From contig CM052817.1 in assembly GCA_028534125.1 (NCBI GenBank), forward strand, positions 53,942,001 through 54,006,000: a stretch of 64,000 bases of DNA, in the 5' to 3' direction. This DNA is from Lama glama (taxonomy: Eukaryota). The position numbers and the translations under genes are program-made. Each line of letters opens with the position of its first letter. Position 1 is the stretch's first letter. Of this stretch, positions 28,501-41,600 are shown in pieces. The notes below the pieces were generated by a model. It did not search any database. It was not told where the DNA came from and was given only the letters and a program-made list of their open reading frames with translations.

Positions 28501-31500
28501 AGCTTAATGAGTAAAATTCTTAAAATACTTTCTCACATATCTGATATATCTTAGGAACAGTGGTGGCAGATACTGAGATCTTCCCTTAGCAAGTCACAAA
28601 ATAATTACTTTACCCAGCATATTTTGTAATTAATTGGTAAACACTTACATTGTGTTTAAGTGTGAAATGTTAAGCCCTCATAGGACACATCTTCTGAGAG
28701 TTTCTTCTTTTGTTAATAAAGATTAACTTCTATCCATAATTTTTACTTGTATAATTTAGGGAAAAGTATTCTAAGAAAACATAAGTTCAGTATATAAAAA
28801 TATACTTTTCATTCCAATAATAGGTTTGATCTAAAACATGAGGTATATTCTAGCAAAAATATTCTGAAAAAGTTTAAAAAACAATCTAGACAAATAATAG
28901 CACAGTTTTAATGCATGAGTTTATGCCAATAAATACATATATATTTCTAATATCCTGATTCTAAATGCTAACATTTATTAAAATGTTTCCTATTCTCTAC
29001 TTAAATGAGAAGAATGACTGCATTTTGGATCCCATAATTGGACTGAATTTAAGTTTTAAAATATGGATTGTACCTGTATATACACGGTTGAAGAGATAAA
29101 TATAAAATATTTCACATAAAGAAGTCATATTGGAAAGCTTTAGTTGGTTTTCTTGAACTCATCATGAATCAAGAGGGCAATATGGGTGCTTAAACTTTGA
29201 TATACTCTCAGTCCATATTAAAATATTTTGTATTCTGAACAAAGTCAGATGTAGATTGAAATTCCTGCTCTTAAGCTTACTAGTTACATGATCATGGAGA
29301 TACAGTTTAACATTTGTAACTCCCAGTTTCTTTACCTGTAAAATAGGAGAAATAAAACCTCACAATTCATTGGAAAGGTTCAATAAATTTTAGTGGTTAT
29401 CATTGATGCTAGTCAAACCACCTCTACACTGATCACATTATATCTCTATGCTGTGCCCAGCTTTGGGACTAGAAAGAGAAAAAGAGATAGGGAGTTTTGA
29501 GAACAATATCATGATGATACATGATTGAACCCTAAGGATGCTCAGAGTGGAGAAGAAAGGCAGAAAAAGGGCAATTATTACATTTGTGATGGGCCATTAT
29601 ATTTAAGGAAAAGTTGATTCACTGAATCCTGTTTCAAAGTAAAGTGGAAAACTTTTTTTTTTAACTGGGTAAAATGTACAGAGAAAGACACTGATGCCAT
29701 GTTAGGAAGAACTTATTACACTGGAACAATGGAATCAGTTCTCAACAGTGGAATCCATTCCCCAAAATGGAACCCATACCACACAAAGCATAGAAAGGAT
29801 GGCCATCTATCTACTCATACGTTACAACAGACTTCTGTATAGGGAGAGAAGATATATATAATAACATCTAATCATTTTTGACTGCAATATTTGATAACTT
29901 GGTTACATATACACATATGTATATATACAAATTTTATCATATTCTCATTTATAGAAATAGAGCCTGTCAAATTGTAGCCATATAACAGGTTATGTAGTAT
30001 GCATTTTTAGCCCCATTACTTTCTTCGTTGTATTTCTTTATTGTTTTTCTTATCTTTATCAGTTTTAATTTATGTACTCTTACTCTATTTTATGTATCAA
30101 TGTAAGACATCTTAAAATTTTTCTAGATTTTTGGGAAACTATTCTGTACCTTGATTGTGGTGGTGAATTTATGACTGTATTTGTCAAAATTTGCAGAAAC
30201 TTGTACTAAAATAGGTGAATTTTACATTTTATGTATATAATTTTACTATTTTATATATATATATATATAATTTGTTCTTTAAAAAATTGAAAAAAATTAT
30301 TGAAATAAGGTAGAATTTTAATATAGCATAAAGAAAATAACATATAAAGAGTTCTCACAAGCTTTCAATTAATAGTAAACTGCAAGAAAAACAGAATTAT
30401 TTTGAATGGGTTTGTTTTGGATACTAAATTCCACTGGCTTACTTTCTCCCTTCCCAGGCATAAGCTAATATTAAAATCCCCAAAACACTCTTTATGGTGT
30501 TATTTCATAATATTGAAGGAACATACAAGAGGATTTTCAAAGAACACAGTGCTAGATATGAACTGGCAAAATATTATTTAATCCAAATTCTCTGTCATAT
30601 GTGCCCATTCTTTGTAAAACACATAATGTTTACTAAATGCTGGAATGTTTGAAAAATAATATGAGAATAATTAGAAATTTTTTCCGGATTCTAGGATGTC
30701 CAATCCTGGATAGCATATGCACTTAGTGAAAAACAATAATTTGTCCTATGTGCTACATCAATCAAAGAGAAATGATACTTTCCACTGTGAGGTTAATGAG
30801 TTATTCACAAATTTTGTTACTTATAGAATATAACAGCAACTCCCTTGCCTCTAACAACCTCCCAGGGCATATCTAGTACAGGAAATTAAGCAGTGTTAAT
30901 AGATTTATTTTTAATTAATTAATTTCTATTCCAGATTTCTCTTTGTTTTGTATACTGGTGAATGCCGTAAGAATTAACATTACTTTGTGTGACAAGTTTT
31001 CTTTCTTTTTTTTAATACTAAAACTCTAAAGTATAGAGTTTATAGAGGATAAGACTTCACAAAGATCTAATTTTTGTTATTGATACTGTAAAATAAGATT
31101 TATTTAATATAAAACATTTGCTTTTATCAATAAATTAATAGGTCTATTTTGGAATTGTGGCTTATTAAAATCGTAATATAAGAATTATTTACAACTTGAT
31201 GAATTCCATTCTATTTTTTTTTTCAGAAAACTAAGGAGTTATATTCCAATAAACATGTAAAAACATAATGGGCAAATAAAGTATTTTTGGACCAAAAACT
31301 CATTTAGGGTTAAAAAATCCTATTAGTTCATAAGCTCATATGTGACGAAGAACTGCAATTTTTTTAATTCAATGCTTGTACTATCTAATATCCTTTTCAG
31401 ATAGGTTACTTGTTAGAAAGTAAAAATAAACAACTCTGGGGAATGTAATACTTTGTTGGCTGGTGGCAATAGCAACTAAGGTAAGGGTGCCTTATCAAAT

Positions 31501-33098
31501 AATAGCTTATATCTCCTTTTTCCCATGGTTTCTCATGCCTTTTGTCTTTTTGAGTATTATTTCATCACTTTATGCATGTTCTTCCTATTTTTTTCCATTT
31601 GCTTTTATTCACTTAAGGTCTGTGTCTGCACTGGACTGTATTCATTTTGGGCAAGAGACATATTTTTATATATGTTAAGTCCACACACAGTGCCCACCAA
31701 GTAACCTTACATAGAACAGAATGAAAATGTGGATGTTTAAACTGGAGGAAGATGAGTAAGAGAACTATTTTACTGAATGCTAAAAACTGACTACTTGCCA
31801 ATTATATCCCAAACCTTCCAGATTTCTAATAAGGAGAAAATGTCCCTTCTAAAAACAGCCAAAACAACATTAAATGGCTCTACAGTAGCATGAATTTAGA
31901 TAGATCAGTAGAGACACAAAACTAATATTATGCAAATGAAGTTGTAAATAATACAGCTAGTATATATACAACTGTACCGGGTATACAGCCTTCAGGTTTA
32001 TAAGGGAAAACCTCTGTTACCCAATTACATAACACTACACAGCTAACACCAGTTAACTACAGTGTCAGTAGTTATGCTAACACTCTTATTTTCTTGAATT
32101 ATTTTTGGATGGCCTAAAAATATTGTTGGCTTAACACACCAAGGGAAAAAAGCAATTTCTTTAAAATTCTTTAAAATACTGTTTCAAAAGCTCCACTGTC
32201 TCTTTATAACCACGGTTTTACTTTGAAAATATTACATTAAATTAATGTTAGTAACAGAGGTTTCACTAAAACCGTTAAAAATAACCAAGCACTATGCAGA
32301 GGAAGAAGTCACTGCAGTATGACCAGTTACTGCAAGAATGCTCGCGTAATGTTAGTAATAGCACTGCACTGATGAGATTTTATTTGGTTAAAGAAAAAGA
32401 GAGACTAAGAAAATTATTTGAGTTTATTCAGATAATCTCTGGCAGAAGAGATGCTGAAATAGGGATCCTATGACCTCTGCTTACCACTGAAAGTTAGCTA
32501 TGTTCTCAGTCAATAGGCAGTCAAGCCTAACATGGCATGTACTCAGTTAGGTTCCAAACCATTATTAGAAAACATTTTGTTTCCATATTAGGAGTTGACA
32601 ATATTTCTGAAATTTGTTTAGACATTAAAAACACTGCCACCTACTTCACAGGAGAGGGGTCCAGTTGTAGAGCTGTTGCATAATTTTGCAAACCCTGAAT
32701 CGTTTTGAAAATTACCAAAATTCAGAAAGGAGAGCACTGCAGAATTAAAACTGGCTAAATTTAAAAATTGTAAATTATATTTTGTTAAAAAAATATGATT
32801 TGTCTTCACCCTATGGTTTCTAACCACTTGATCATGCTTCTTGTAGGAAGAATGAAGTATGAATACTTTTTCATCCACAGACTTCTCTTCAGATTTTTGA
32901 AGACACTTCTTTGTTTTCTTTCTAAACACTTCTATTTATTTATCAAAAATCTCTCTCTCCTTCCATCCCTCTCTTCCTTTCTAGCCATTTATGTAATTTT
33001 AGAACATATATGTCACTTTACATGTTTCATTCATTGTTTTAAGTACTTTACAAATATTAACTCACTAACTATTCTTAGCAAACCTGAGATGTAGGTAC

Positions 33099-33585
33099 TG
33101 TGAACGAAAAATATTGCAAGCCTTATCAGTAAACAAAGAACGTTAAAGCCAACAAGTCATCAGTGGCTGCCACCACCCCCCAGTGAAGACAAGCCTGCAG
33201 CCCAGCCTCTGCAGCCACTCACAATGGTGCACCCTGAGGGGACTCAGAATAAGAAAGGACAGGATACAGGCCCTAGATAGTGAGGTGCTTGTCAAAGGAA
33301 TGGATTCAATGAGCCCAAATGTTTGCTTCCTCCCATACATAGAAAAGCGCTAAATTCTTTAACTTGAGATGCCTGGTTTTCTTTAGTTAACAAGTAATCT
33401 TTTTATGTTCCAATGACCAGGTCTTTGTTGTAAAACTCCTATATATCCTAGCTCCTCCCCCACCTCTTCGGAGGAGTCCCTCAGAGCAATCTGAGAGGCT
33501 GTCATCCCGAGCTGAGTCCTCAGAATTGTCCACCGAATAACACGTAACTCTCAACTTTTAGGTTGTGCATTTATTTCAGTCAACA
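33099..33585 (+). mobile_element. ERV1 solo LTR (487 bp) inserted in a MIR
   Basis: TG...CA ends (tgtgaacg...tttcagtcaaca), a perfect 4-bp TSD gtac at 33095-33098 and 33586-33589, TATA-like ctatatatc and gaataa. The flanks rejoin as MIR (gatgtaggtac|tattacaatttccattttacagataagg). Confidence 0.9.
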
Positions 33586-33979
33586 GTACTATTACAATTT
33601 CCATTTTACAGATAAGGATACTGAGGTGAGGAGAGACCAAGTAACTTGCCCAAGTCACACAAGTATTAAGTGGAGGAGCCATTTTCAAACTCATCCAATC
33701 AGATTTCATCGCCTTTAGCTAAATATCCTCATCCTTCAACCTTCCATCAAATGGACCATAGTTCCCGGAATAAACAACCACCTAGATATTCTCCACTGAA
33801 CAAACTCTACCATCACATAGTGACACTGCTCCTAAAAGCTAGTGCCTAGAAGTTCTGAACCAAATTCTTAGGAAGTGGTCTGACCATGCATAATGGGAGT
33901 AGCATGAAAATTTCTTCTTTATTCTAGGTGTTCACGGTTGCTGTTGTTGTTATTGTTATCATCAACACAACTGATGGCT

Positions 33980-34500
33980 GCATTCATTTTTTCCACGTCA
34001 TATTCCAAACTGTTGATACAAATTTAATCTGTGGTCCCCCAAATCCTGTAAGCTTGAGATGGACAGTTTGGATCCCCAGTATACTATGCTGTGACTGGCA
34101 ATGAGTGAGTCAACTAATTTTTACCTGCTGGATGAAAATGAACTAAAAGTTTGTTTATTTGTTTGTTTTTCACACGAACAACTGTCTAGGAGTCTTCTCA
34201 TTTGGTAATTATATAACCCTAACCCTAATACACAAACTAACCAACCAACCTAAACAGAGGACTTTACATTTATCTGTGTCAGATTTCATCTTTTTCATTT
34301 TAGATCACTGATACAGGCTGTCCAGACACATCTGATTCCTGATTTTATCATCTGGTCCATTATATTCCCTCCCAATAATCTGTCATCCAGCAATGCAAAT
34401 TGTCACATCTTCTATACCTTCATCAAAATTACTGATTAAAAATATTGAGCAGGAGAGGGACAATGACAAAGCCTGTCAACATGCCCAGAACACCACCTTC
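33980..34500 (-). mobile_element. L3/CR1 LINE fragment
   Basis: actttacatttatctgtgtcagatttcatc...cttcatcaaaattactgattaaaaatattgagcagg resembles antisense L3. Boundaries approximate. Confidence 0.5.
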
Positions 34501-34574
34501 TAGGCTTACTCTGAAAAATCAACATACTGCTTTACTCTCGGTAAATCAGGCCATTTATGAAGACATTACATCAT

Positions 34575-34655
34575 ATTAAATCAAGTCATGTGAAATTGGT
34601 ATTTTTGTAAATCAAAACTGTCAAACATTGGTAATTCTATATAATTTAACCTAAT
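34575..34655. mobile_element. MADE2-like mariner MITE (~80 bp)
   Basis: Degenerate palindromic arms attaaatcaagtcatgtgaaattgg ... ggtaattctatataatttaacctaat. Confidence 0.65.
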
Positions 34656-37600
34656 CTAATCCAATCCACATTTCATCATCTTCTTTTAAGAGTGTCATAT
34701 GAAATCATCCTAAATACCTCATTTACATAAAACTAACTCCAGGTTGAATATGACTTTTGTAAGATTAATTGTTTTATTTACTAAGATGTTTTATTATTAA
34801 TTTGTTAAGTTTTGTTAAAAATTAAACAATTTGGTTACTTGGCATGAATTGACTTTGTTCAAGTGTGTTGCCTCCCTAACTAAATTGTAAGTTTCTTATC
34901 TATGGAGCCAAGGCTCTTTATCTCCCACAGCATTCGGTAAAGTATTTTGCACGTAATAAATTTTCACTGAATATTGAATAAATAAAATCCAATACGTTGA
35001 GTGTGGTCATCATTCATCCAACAAAATATCTTCATTGAGAGGCTTTATGTACAATTTTCAAAATATCTCCTATCACCAAGCCAACTTCTCTTGGCTTTAA
35101 TAACTTTTGGCACTTCCCATTCATATGAGACTCATATATCTGACATTTATAAAAAAGAAAACAAAATCCCTTTTCCTCATTAAAAAGTAACCTCTTCAGG
35201 TCTATGGAAATTGAATATATACTTAACCAGTTGACTTGGCCCAGATATGGATACAGTGCTGATGGCAGCATGACAAAAGAATAAAGTAAAGGAACGTCAC
35301 CAGCCACAATCATAATGAATTCCTGAAATGAGTCATAGTGTCCACTAAGTTGGTAATGTCAAGAAATGTAAGTTTAACCTCTGTTTAACCCTGAGGCAAA
35401 ATTTATACTATATTAAAATACTCCAATATCAGTGTTTTTATATCACTATATCAAATACTACATGACATTCTAATGCACTCACTAAGAAGTGAATTTCTTA
35501 TATCAGGTCTAGTAAATGGATCCTGATAATACTTTTCTTATCAAAATTAAGAGTTTTTAAGTGGGCTTATGATGTAACAAAGTCATTTATAATTAGAGAA
35601 AAATACCAGCAGTGACTGCAGGATTCTTTCCAATTATGGATTTCCTAGTGCTTGAATTAAGACTTGTTTGGCTCTAAAACGAAGTAGACTAACACACTCA
35701 GACTATGTCTATCAGTATTTCTGGACTGGAAAGCTCATGTAATTCCAGGATTCTTGGTAAGCTGTCTGACTCTTACACTGGCAGAGTCTTCTTCTAGGAG
35801 AGTGAATTTATTATTACAAGATGATTGCTTATTTTCTGTTAAAGTAATCTTCCGTCTTCTACCCATGTTGTAATTTTCTTTTAAGGAAAAAAAACAAAAC
35901 AAAACAAAACAGGGAAATTATGGTATGTGAATGAGTATGTGTTCATCTGCACTATTCTTTTTAAACTGAAAGCCAAAAGATTCTAATGTGATTTTTTTGG
36001 TAATCTGACCATTTTCCTCATTTGTCTGAGGCTTATTATGTTTATCTGTGGATGACTACTGTAATATTTTCAGTATTACTTATTAAAACTCATCTCTTGA
36101 AGTCTTGCTCAATATTTGTAATTAACTTCTTCATTACCATAAGCATGCTGCTAAGCTACACTACTGTCATAAAATTTTTAAATGAATAAACAAAATCATG
36201 TAATATAAACAATGACACAGCTGCTCATTGTTTATACAGCTCAGCAAATAATGGCCAAGTGCTACACACTGAATTAGTGAATATTATTCCTCCTCGTTAA
36301 TGGAAGAAAGGAATCTAGTATAAGCAAAGCATGTCAAAATAGCAGGGAGCTCACATATTTAGGATGCAGCCAGCATTGCATCTCTATCTATAGTGCCCAT
36401 CGATACTCTGCCAAATGATAACTATGTCCTACTCATTCCATTTCAAGCAGTATAATCAGTCCACTTTAATACTAAAATGAATTGCTTTGGAATTTAAAAG
36501 GCTCAATTCCATCACTTATTCATTCTAATTAATTTAAGATCTTGAGTACAGAGCTAGACACAAAATAAAGAATTCAATAAGTATTTGTTAACAGAACAAA
36601 TTATGTAAATTTTTTAGCCTTATATAAAATAATTAAGGAAAACTAAAAGGTCTCTGAATTATCTCAAAGAGAATATACGTAGAATCTAAAATAGGTAATT
36701 ATGATGGCTATTAGTGAAACAAGACTTTCAGATTTCCCATCTTTTAGATTTTCCATTTTCCTACAGTTTAGAAATGCAAAAAACTCCCAAGGCTTGAGTG
36801 ACGCTTCATATTATTTTATTGCTTTTACTATTTCATATTTTAAACAGAAATAATAGGAGAATTGCCTTACATCCTAATTGGAACAAAGTACAGTCTCAAT
36901 AAATAAATCAAACTTCATGCAGCAAAATGAATAACTGCATTTTTAGCTCAAAATTGGGGGAAGAGATGGTGTCGTATAAAATTAAAAGAATTAGAGGAAA
37001 CTGAACAAAAGATCTTTAGAACAAACAAGTACTACTTACCTAATCACTAAGCCAAATATTTCTAGGGATAACTCTAATGACATATTTTTTAAAAAGGTGA
37101 AGGGAGAATTTAACATGAAGAAAAGTTTCTCTTAAAAATAGTTATTTCATTAAGTGAGTCAGCACTTTCATGCAAAATTTTAATTTAGAAATCAAAATGA
37201 TATAAATTTTTTGAGTTCCCTTTAGGTATATCTGCATATTTAATTCAGCAGATTCTCATTTGAAAAACGTGCTTTTAAATTTTACATTCTTATTAGGTCA
37301 AAGCCACCAGATGTTTGTCTTAAAAGAGGATAGTGAGAGCAGCAGGGGGCCAGACCAAACAAAGGTTACACATCAGCCTGATTGAGGATGGGCATGTTTT
37401 CTGCATCCACTCAGATCTCAGCTGGCAGAGCTGAGTGCCATTCATGCCGGCCTTGAGTAGCCAGAATAAATGAACACACTCGGAAAGAATGATTGGACTC
37501 AGGCAGCAAAACAGCATTTCAAAACAGCTCGTCATCTGTCCTTGTTTAGGAAAGTCAGCAGGAATGGACAGAAGAAGGAACTAACACATATTGCAGACTA

Positions 37601-38559
37601 TATGCTAGTATACTTGGAAAATTATGCACATATATTAAAAATTCAGAATTCTGCCTACCCCCACTTTTGAATATGAAACATATCTTAGCCTTAAATTATA
37701 AGCAGGGAAGTTTGAGGTGGTTCATGGTGAGCATGGGATTCTGCTGGTGACTACATTCCTTCAATTACAGTGAAAGTTCTAATTTGTTTTCCTGCCCATT
37801 TTCCACCTTTTTTGTTTGTTTCTCAACACATGAAGAGACCATAAGCCGTTGTGAGGCACTGCATGATTGCCTAGCGTCTCCTTGCTCTTCTCACTGTGTT
37901 AATTTATTCCACCTATTCAAGAAGATGAATGACACCTTACATGCCAGGGACAGCCTGAGAGGGGATATGTCCAACCTGTATCAGGCTCCTGTGCTTTTCT
38001 GTCAACCACACAGGTAGTAATTCTATGAGGACACAAAACAGGGTCATTTAATGAAACAAAGTGATGCATTCACTGCCAGAACAGCCTTAGCCCAGAGAGG
38101 AGGGAGATAGTTGTATGGCTCCACAGATTCTTAAAGCATTAAGACAATATTCATGCTAAGATATAATCTTATTTAAACGTCTGAAAATCTACAGTGATTT
38201 TTTCCAAACCAAGAATCACCTGTTTTTAAAAAATTTTGAATGTATTAACTTTCTATTATTTAATAAATATTTTTAATATTTAATATATTTTAAATATAAG
38301 GGCCTCACTTCATATACTGAATCAACATCTTAGGGCTGTGATTTGAAAGAGACAGAAAACCTTCATTTTAACATGCTCCCCTCAGTGATTTATACAGCCT
38401 CTGTGTAGTAGACATTAGGTAAGGGATTGGGAAACAAAGGCAATCAATAAATATCACAGAAATGTAGAGTGCAAAACAGTAGCTTAATGTTGCTATTATA
38501 TTCTGTAGTGTATACTAACTAGCCTCGTATACATAACCTAGGGGTTATGGCCTTCATAA

Positions 38560-38695
38560 TAATTCCCAAATTTAGCAGCCTATTAAAAATAGATTACTGA
38601 GATTCACCCCCAGTTTCTGATTTAATCTGAGGTGGGACATGAGAATTTGCATTTGTAACAAGTTCCTGTTGGACTACACTTTGAGGTCCATTATC
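38560..38695. mobile_element. MER5-type hAT-Charlie MITE fragment
   Basis: cccccagtttctgatttaatctgaggtgggacatgagaatttgcatttgtaacaagttcc...ggactacactttgag. Confidence 0.65.
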
Positions 38696-41600
38696 CTATG
38701 TAGCTTAGGAATCACTTGCCTGTAACCTATTTGCACATACTTAAGGTTTGCCATACAAAGAAATACAAAAAGAAGCTTTTAATTCACCAAAGTACTTAAA
38801 CCCACTGATCGCTAGAACAAAATTATTTGCCTCCTAAAGTAATTACATAAAATTGCAGCAAAATACTCAAATACTTTCTCTATGAATGGTTTTTAATACC
38901 ATTATACCAGGATAATGACCATTAGAACTTCTCTCTCATCAAAAGTATTCATTAGATATTTTATTTTAATGGCTAATATTCAATGTTTAAATAACCATAC
39001 CTACTCCTTTCTAGGAAATATAAGCATGACCATAAAAATGCAGAGTTGAATAAAAAAATATTGAATATTTCAGATGGGCAAATTTACCTCTTTTACTGTC
39101 AAAGCTAAAAGTGAAATATTTAAATTTCCTCTCTGATTAGAATGGCTAACTCTCCCTTCATTCAAATTAAATGCCAGCATATTTAAAGTCATTGTTTTCT
39201 TTTTATGTTTTTCCCTTTTCAATTTTTATCCTTACAAACAACTGGTGAAAACTGATGTTTGAAGTGTTCAAAACTCAAATCAACAGAAAGCAACACTAAA
39301 ACAAACAATAGAATAGCTTTGTAATCAAAGGATAGAAGCAAATTTTCTACGAATATGCAATACCTTTAAAGAACTGCAAATTTTCTTCCTTAGCAAAGTT
39401 AAAATAGCTAGAAATAGAGTAAGGCTCTTCTTACAGTTTCATTCTCTCAATAAGACTTTGGCACATTCTTATTTGTGTGTCCTGATCACAAGGAGGTGGT
39501 AATTAGGTAGCTGGATAACTGTGCTGAACACAATTAGAAGGCCTTTATACATTTCATCACAGTTTTATAAACAGGTGATCAGTACTCTAGTCATGTTGGA
39601 ATAGTTGCATAATTTTCAGAACTTTATTTCACCATTTCAAAGACTGAACATATTCACTAAAGAAATCTGGGAAAACCCAGAAAAGCTCAAATCTGAACTA
39701 TTAAGAAATTAACTACCACTAAAACTTGGATCCTATGCTTGTTAAAATATGTACTAGGTATAATAAATAGGCCTATTCTACATAACTCATTTTTTGAAAT
39801 GTTTTTATAAAAATTTTCAAACATAAACAAAAGCAGAGAAAATGTATAATGATTTAAATTCTAAATTATTTAAACCTGCTTTTTTTTTAAAAAAAGCAAC
39901 ATGTAATGAATATTTCTTATATTATTAAACATTCTTATACCACAGAACTACTTTAATTGTACTGCAGAGGTACTTAATAAGTGATCTAATAATTGTAGTA
40001 CGTACAAGTTTAATGGAAAGTAAAAATCAATATATTCAAGAAGAATACGTGTGTTGTTTGGGGGAAAAGTTCTCACGGAAAGAATTTATCTAGACAAATA
40101 ACTACAGAATTCTCCTTTTTTAATACAGAGTTGTATCACAGATATTATATTCGATTTACATGAATTCAAGTAGTTCTGTTATATAATTGAATATTGTAAA
40201 ATTATACCTTGTAAAGGTTCTTTTTATTATATACAATATGCACTGTACAATAATACATAATGCTATCTCTGTACTTTGTAGGGATACACTTTAAAAAACT
40301 CATTATATTTTATAAACCTAAAGGAGTTTCAAAGTAAGTTGATTATATTTAATTTTTACTTTAAGAGATGACTTTACAGACTCTAACCCCAATATACAAT
40401 TCAACTCACTAGACAATTATTTTTATATTCCTTATGTGATATTCTGAAATTCAACGCTTTTATGGCACATATCTCTTCTGATTGATTTACTTTTTTCAGT
40501 TGTAACTCACGGAACTAAAACCTTCACTTCATTCACGTATAAGCCTTCTTGTTCACTGTTAGGTTTAGAAAATTTTAGCTTTTCCACACTTGCAAAAACT
40601 GGGCACTCCAACCTGTTGCATGGTATTGCAAATCCTTAATTTTGGAGTATGATCAGCCAACTCAGAAGCCTGTTTATTCCCTGAAGTTCCTTGCCATTGT
40701 CCTGAAAGCTTAAAAATTATCATTATACTAAAAGCTGCCATAGGAATCCAGAATATATGGCAGGTCAGTCTATTTACCCTTGGGAACATTCAGTGAAAGT
40801 TCAGTGAAGGTTCTCAAAAATTGTTTAATATGTACATAGCTGAACCACAAGATTGTTACTATTACAGGTTATACTCGATTAAAATTTCAGACTAAAATTT
40901 TCCTTTAAGGACAAAAGAGGGCTTCTTCTAACCATGTAATGATTTCATAGAAAGTTATAGGAGTTAAAGGTTGTTAGTGCTTTGGGAAATTGTCATCCTG
41001 GCTTCTTTGAGTTGTTACAGTCAGCTTAAGGCCAAATGAAGTAATATTACTAGAAAGGACAAATTCCTGTATGAGATCTTTTCTCACTTACCATTTCATG
41101 GGCACCAGTACTTGACTTGGTGTATTTCTTTCTAAGGGCTAAGTGATCACATAATGTTTCCCTTTACCTTCAGCACTGACCAGGACTTTAAAACTCTGGT
41201 GCCAGTGCAAATAGCTGTCACATTCATATCTCCTATTTCAGCTGCTAATATTATTAGTCACCTGGGCAACGGCACACAGACCTTGCTCTATCTTTCTTCC
41301 CTACCCCATCCAGTATCCTTCTACCTCCTGAGGGACAGTTCAGTCCACTCCTCTTACACATTACTGTAAACATTGCTATAGTGAACACCCTTTTACAAGC
41401 CTCTATGAATGTAAGTTAAGAAAGTTTCTTCAGCAAGAAAACCTAGAAATGGATTTACTAGTATAAAAGGTATGCCAATCGTCTAGACATAGGATCTGCT
41501 AGATATTGCCAAGCTGCTCTCAAAAGCGGCTGACAATAATTTGCATTCCAACCAGCAAGGTATTAAGTATTCCACACTTTGTCCTTAATTTTATCTTTAA

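Noticed and set aside
29325..29350. AG|GT recursive-splice-like motif
   Set aside because: Part of the MIR core (cattttacag), which produces this pattern routinely.
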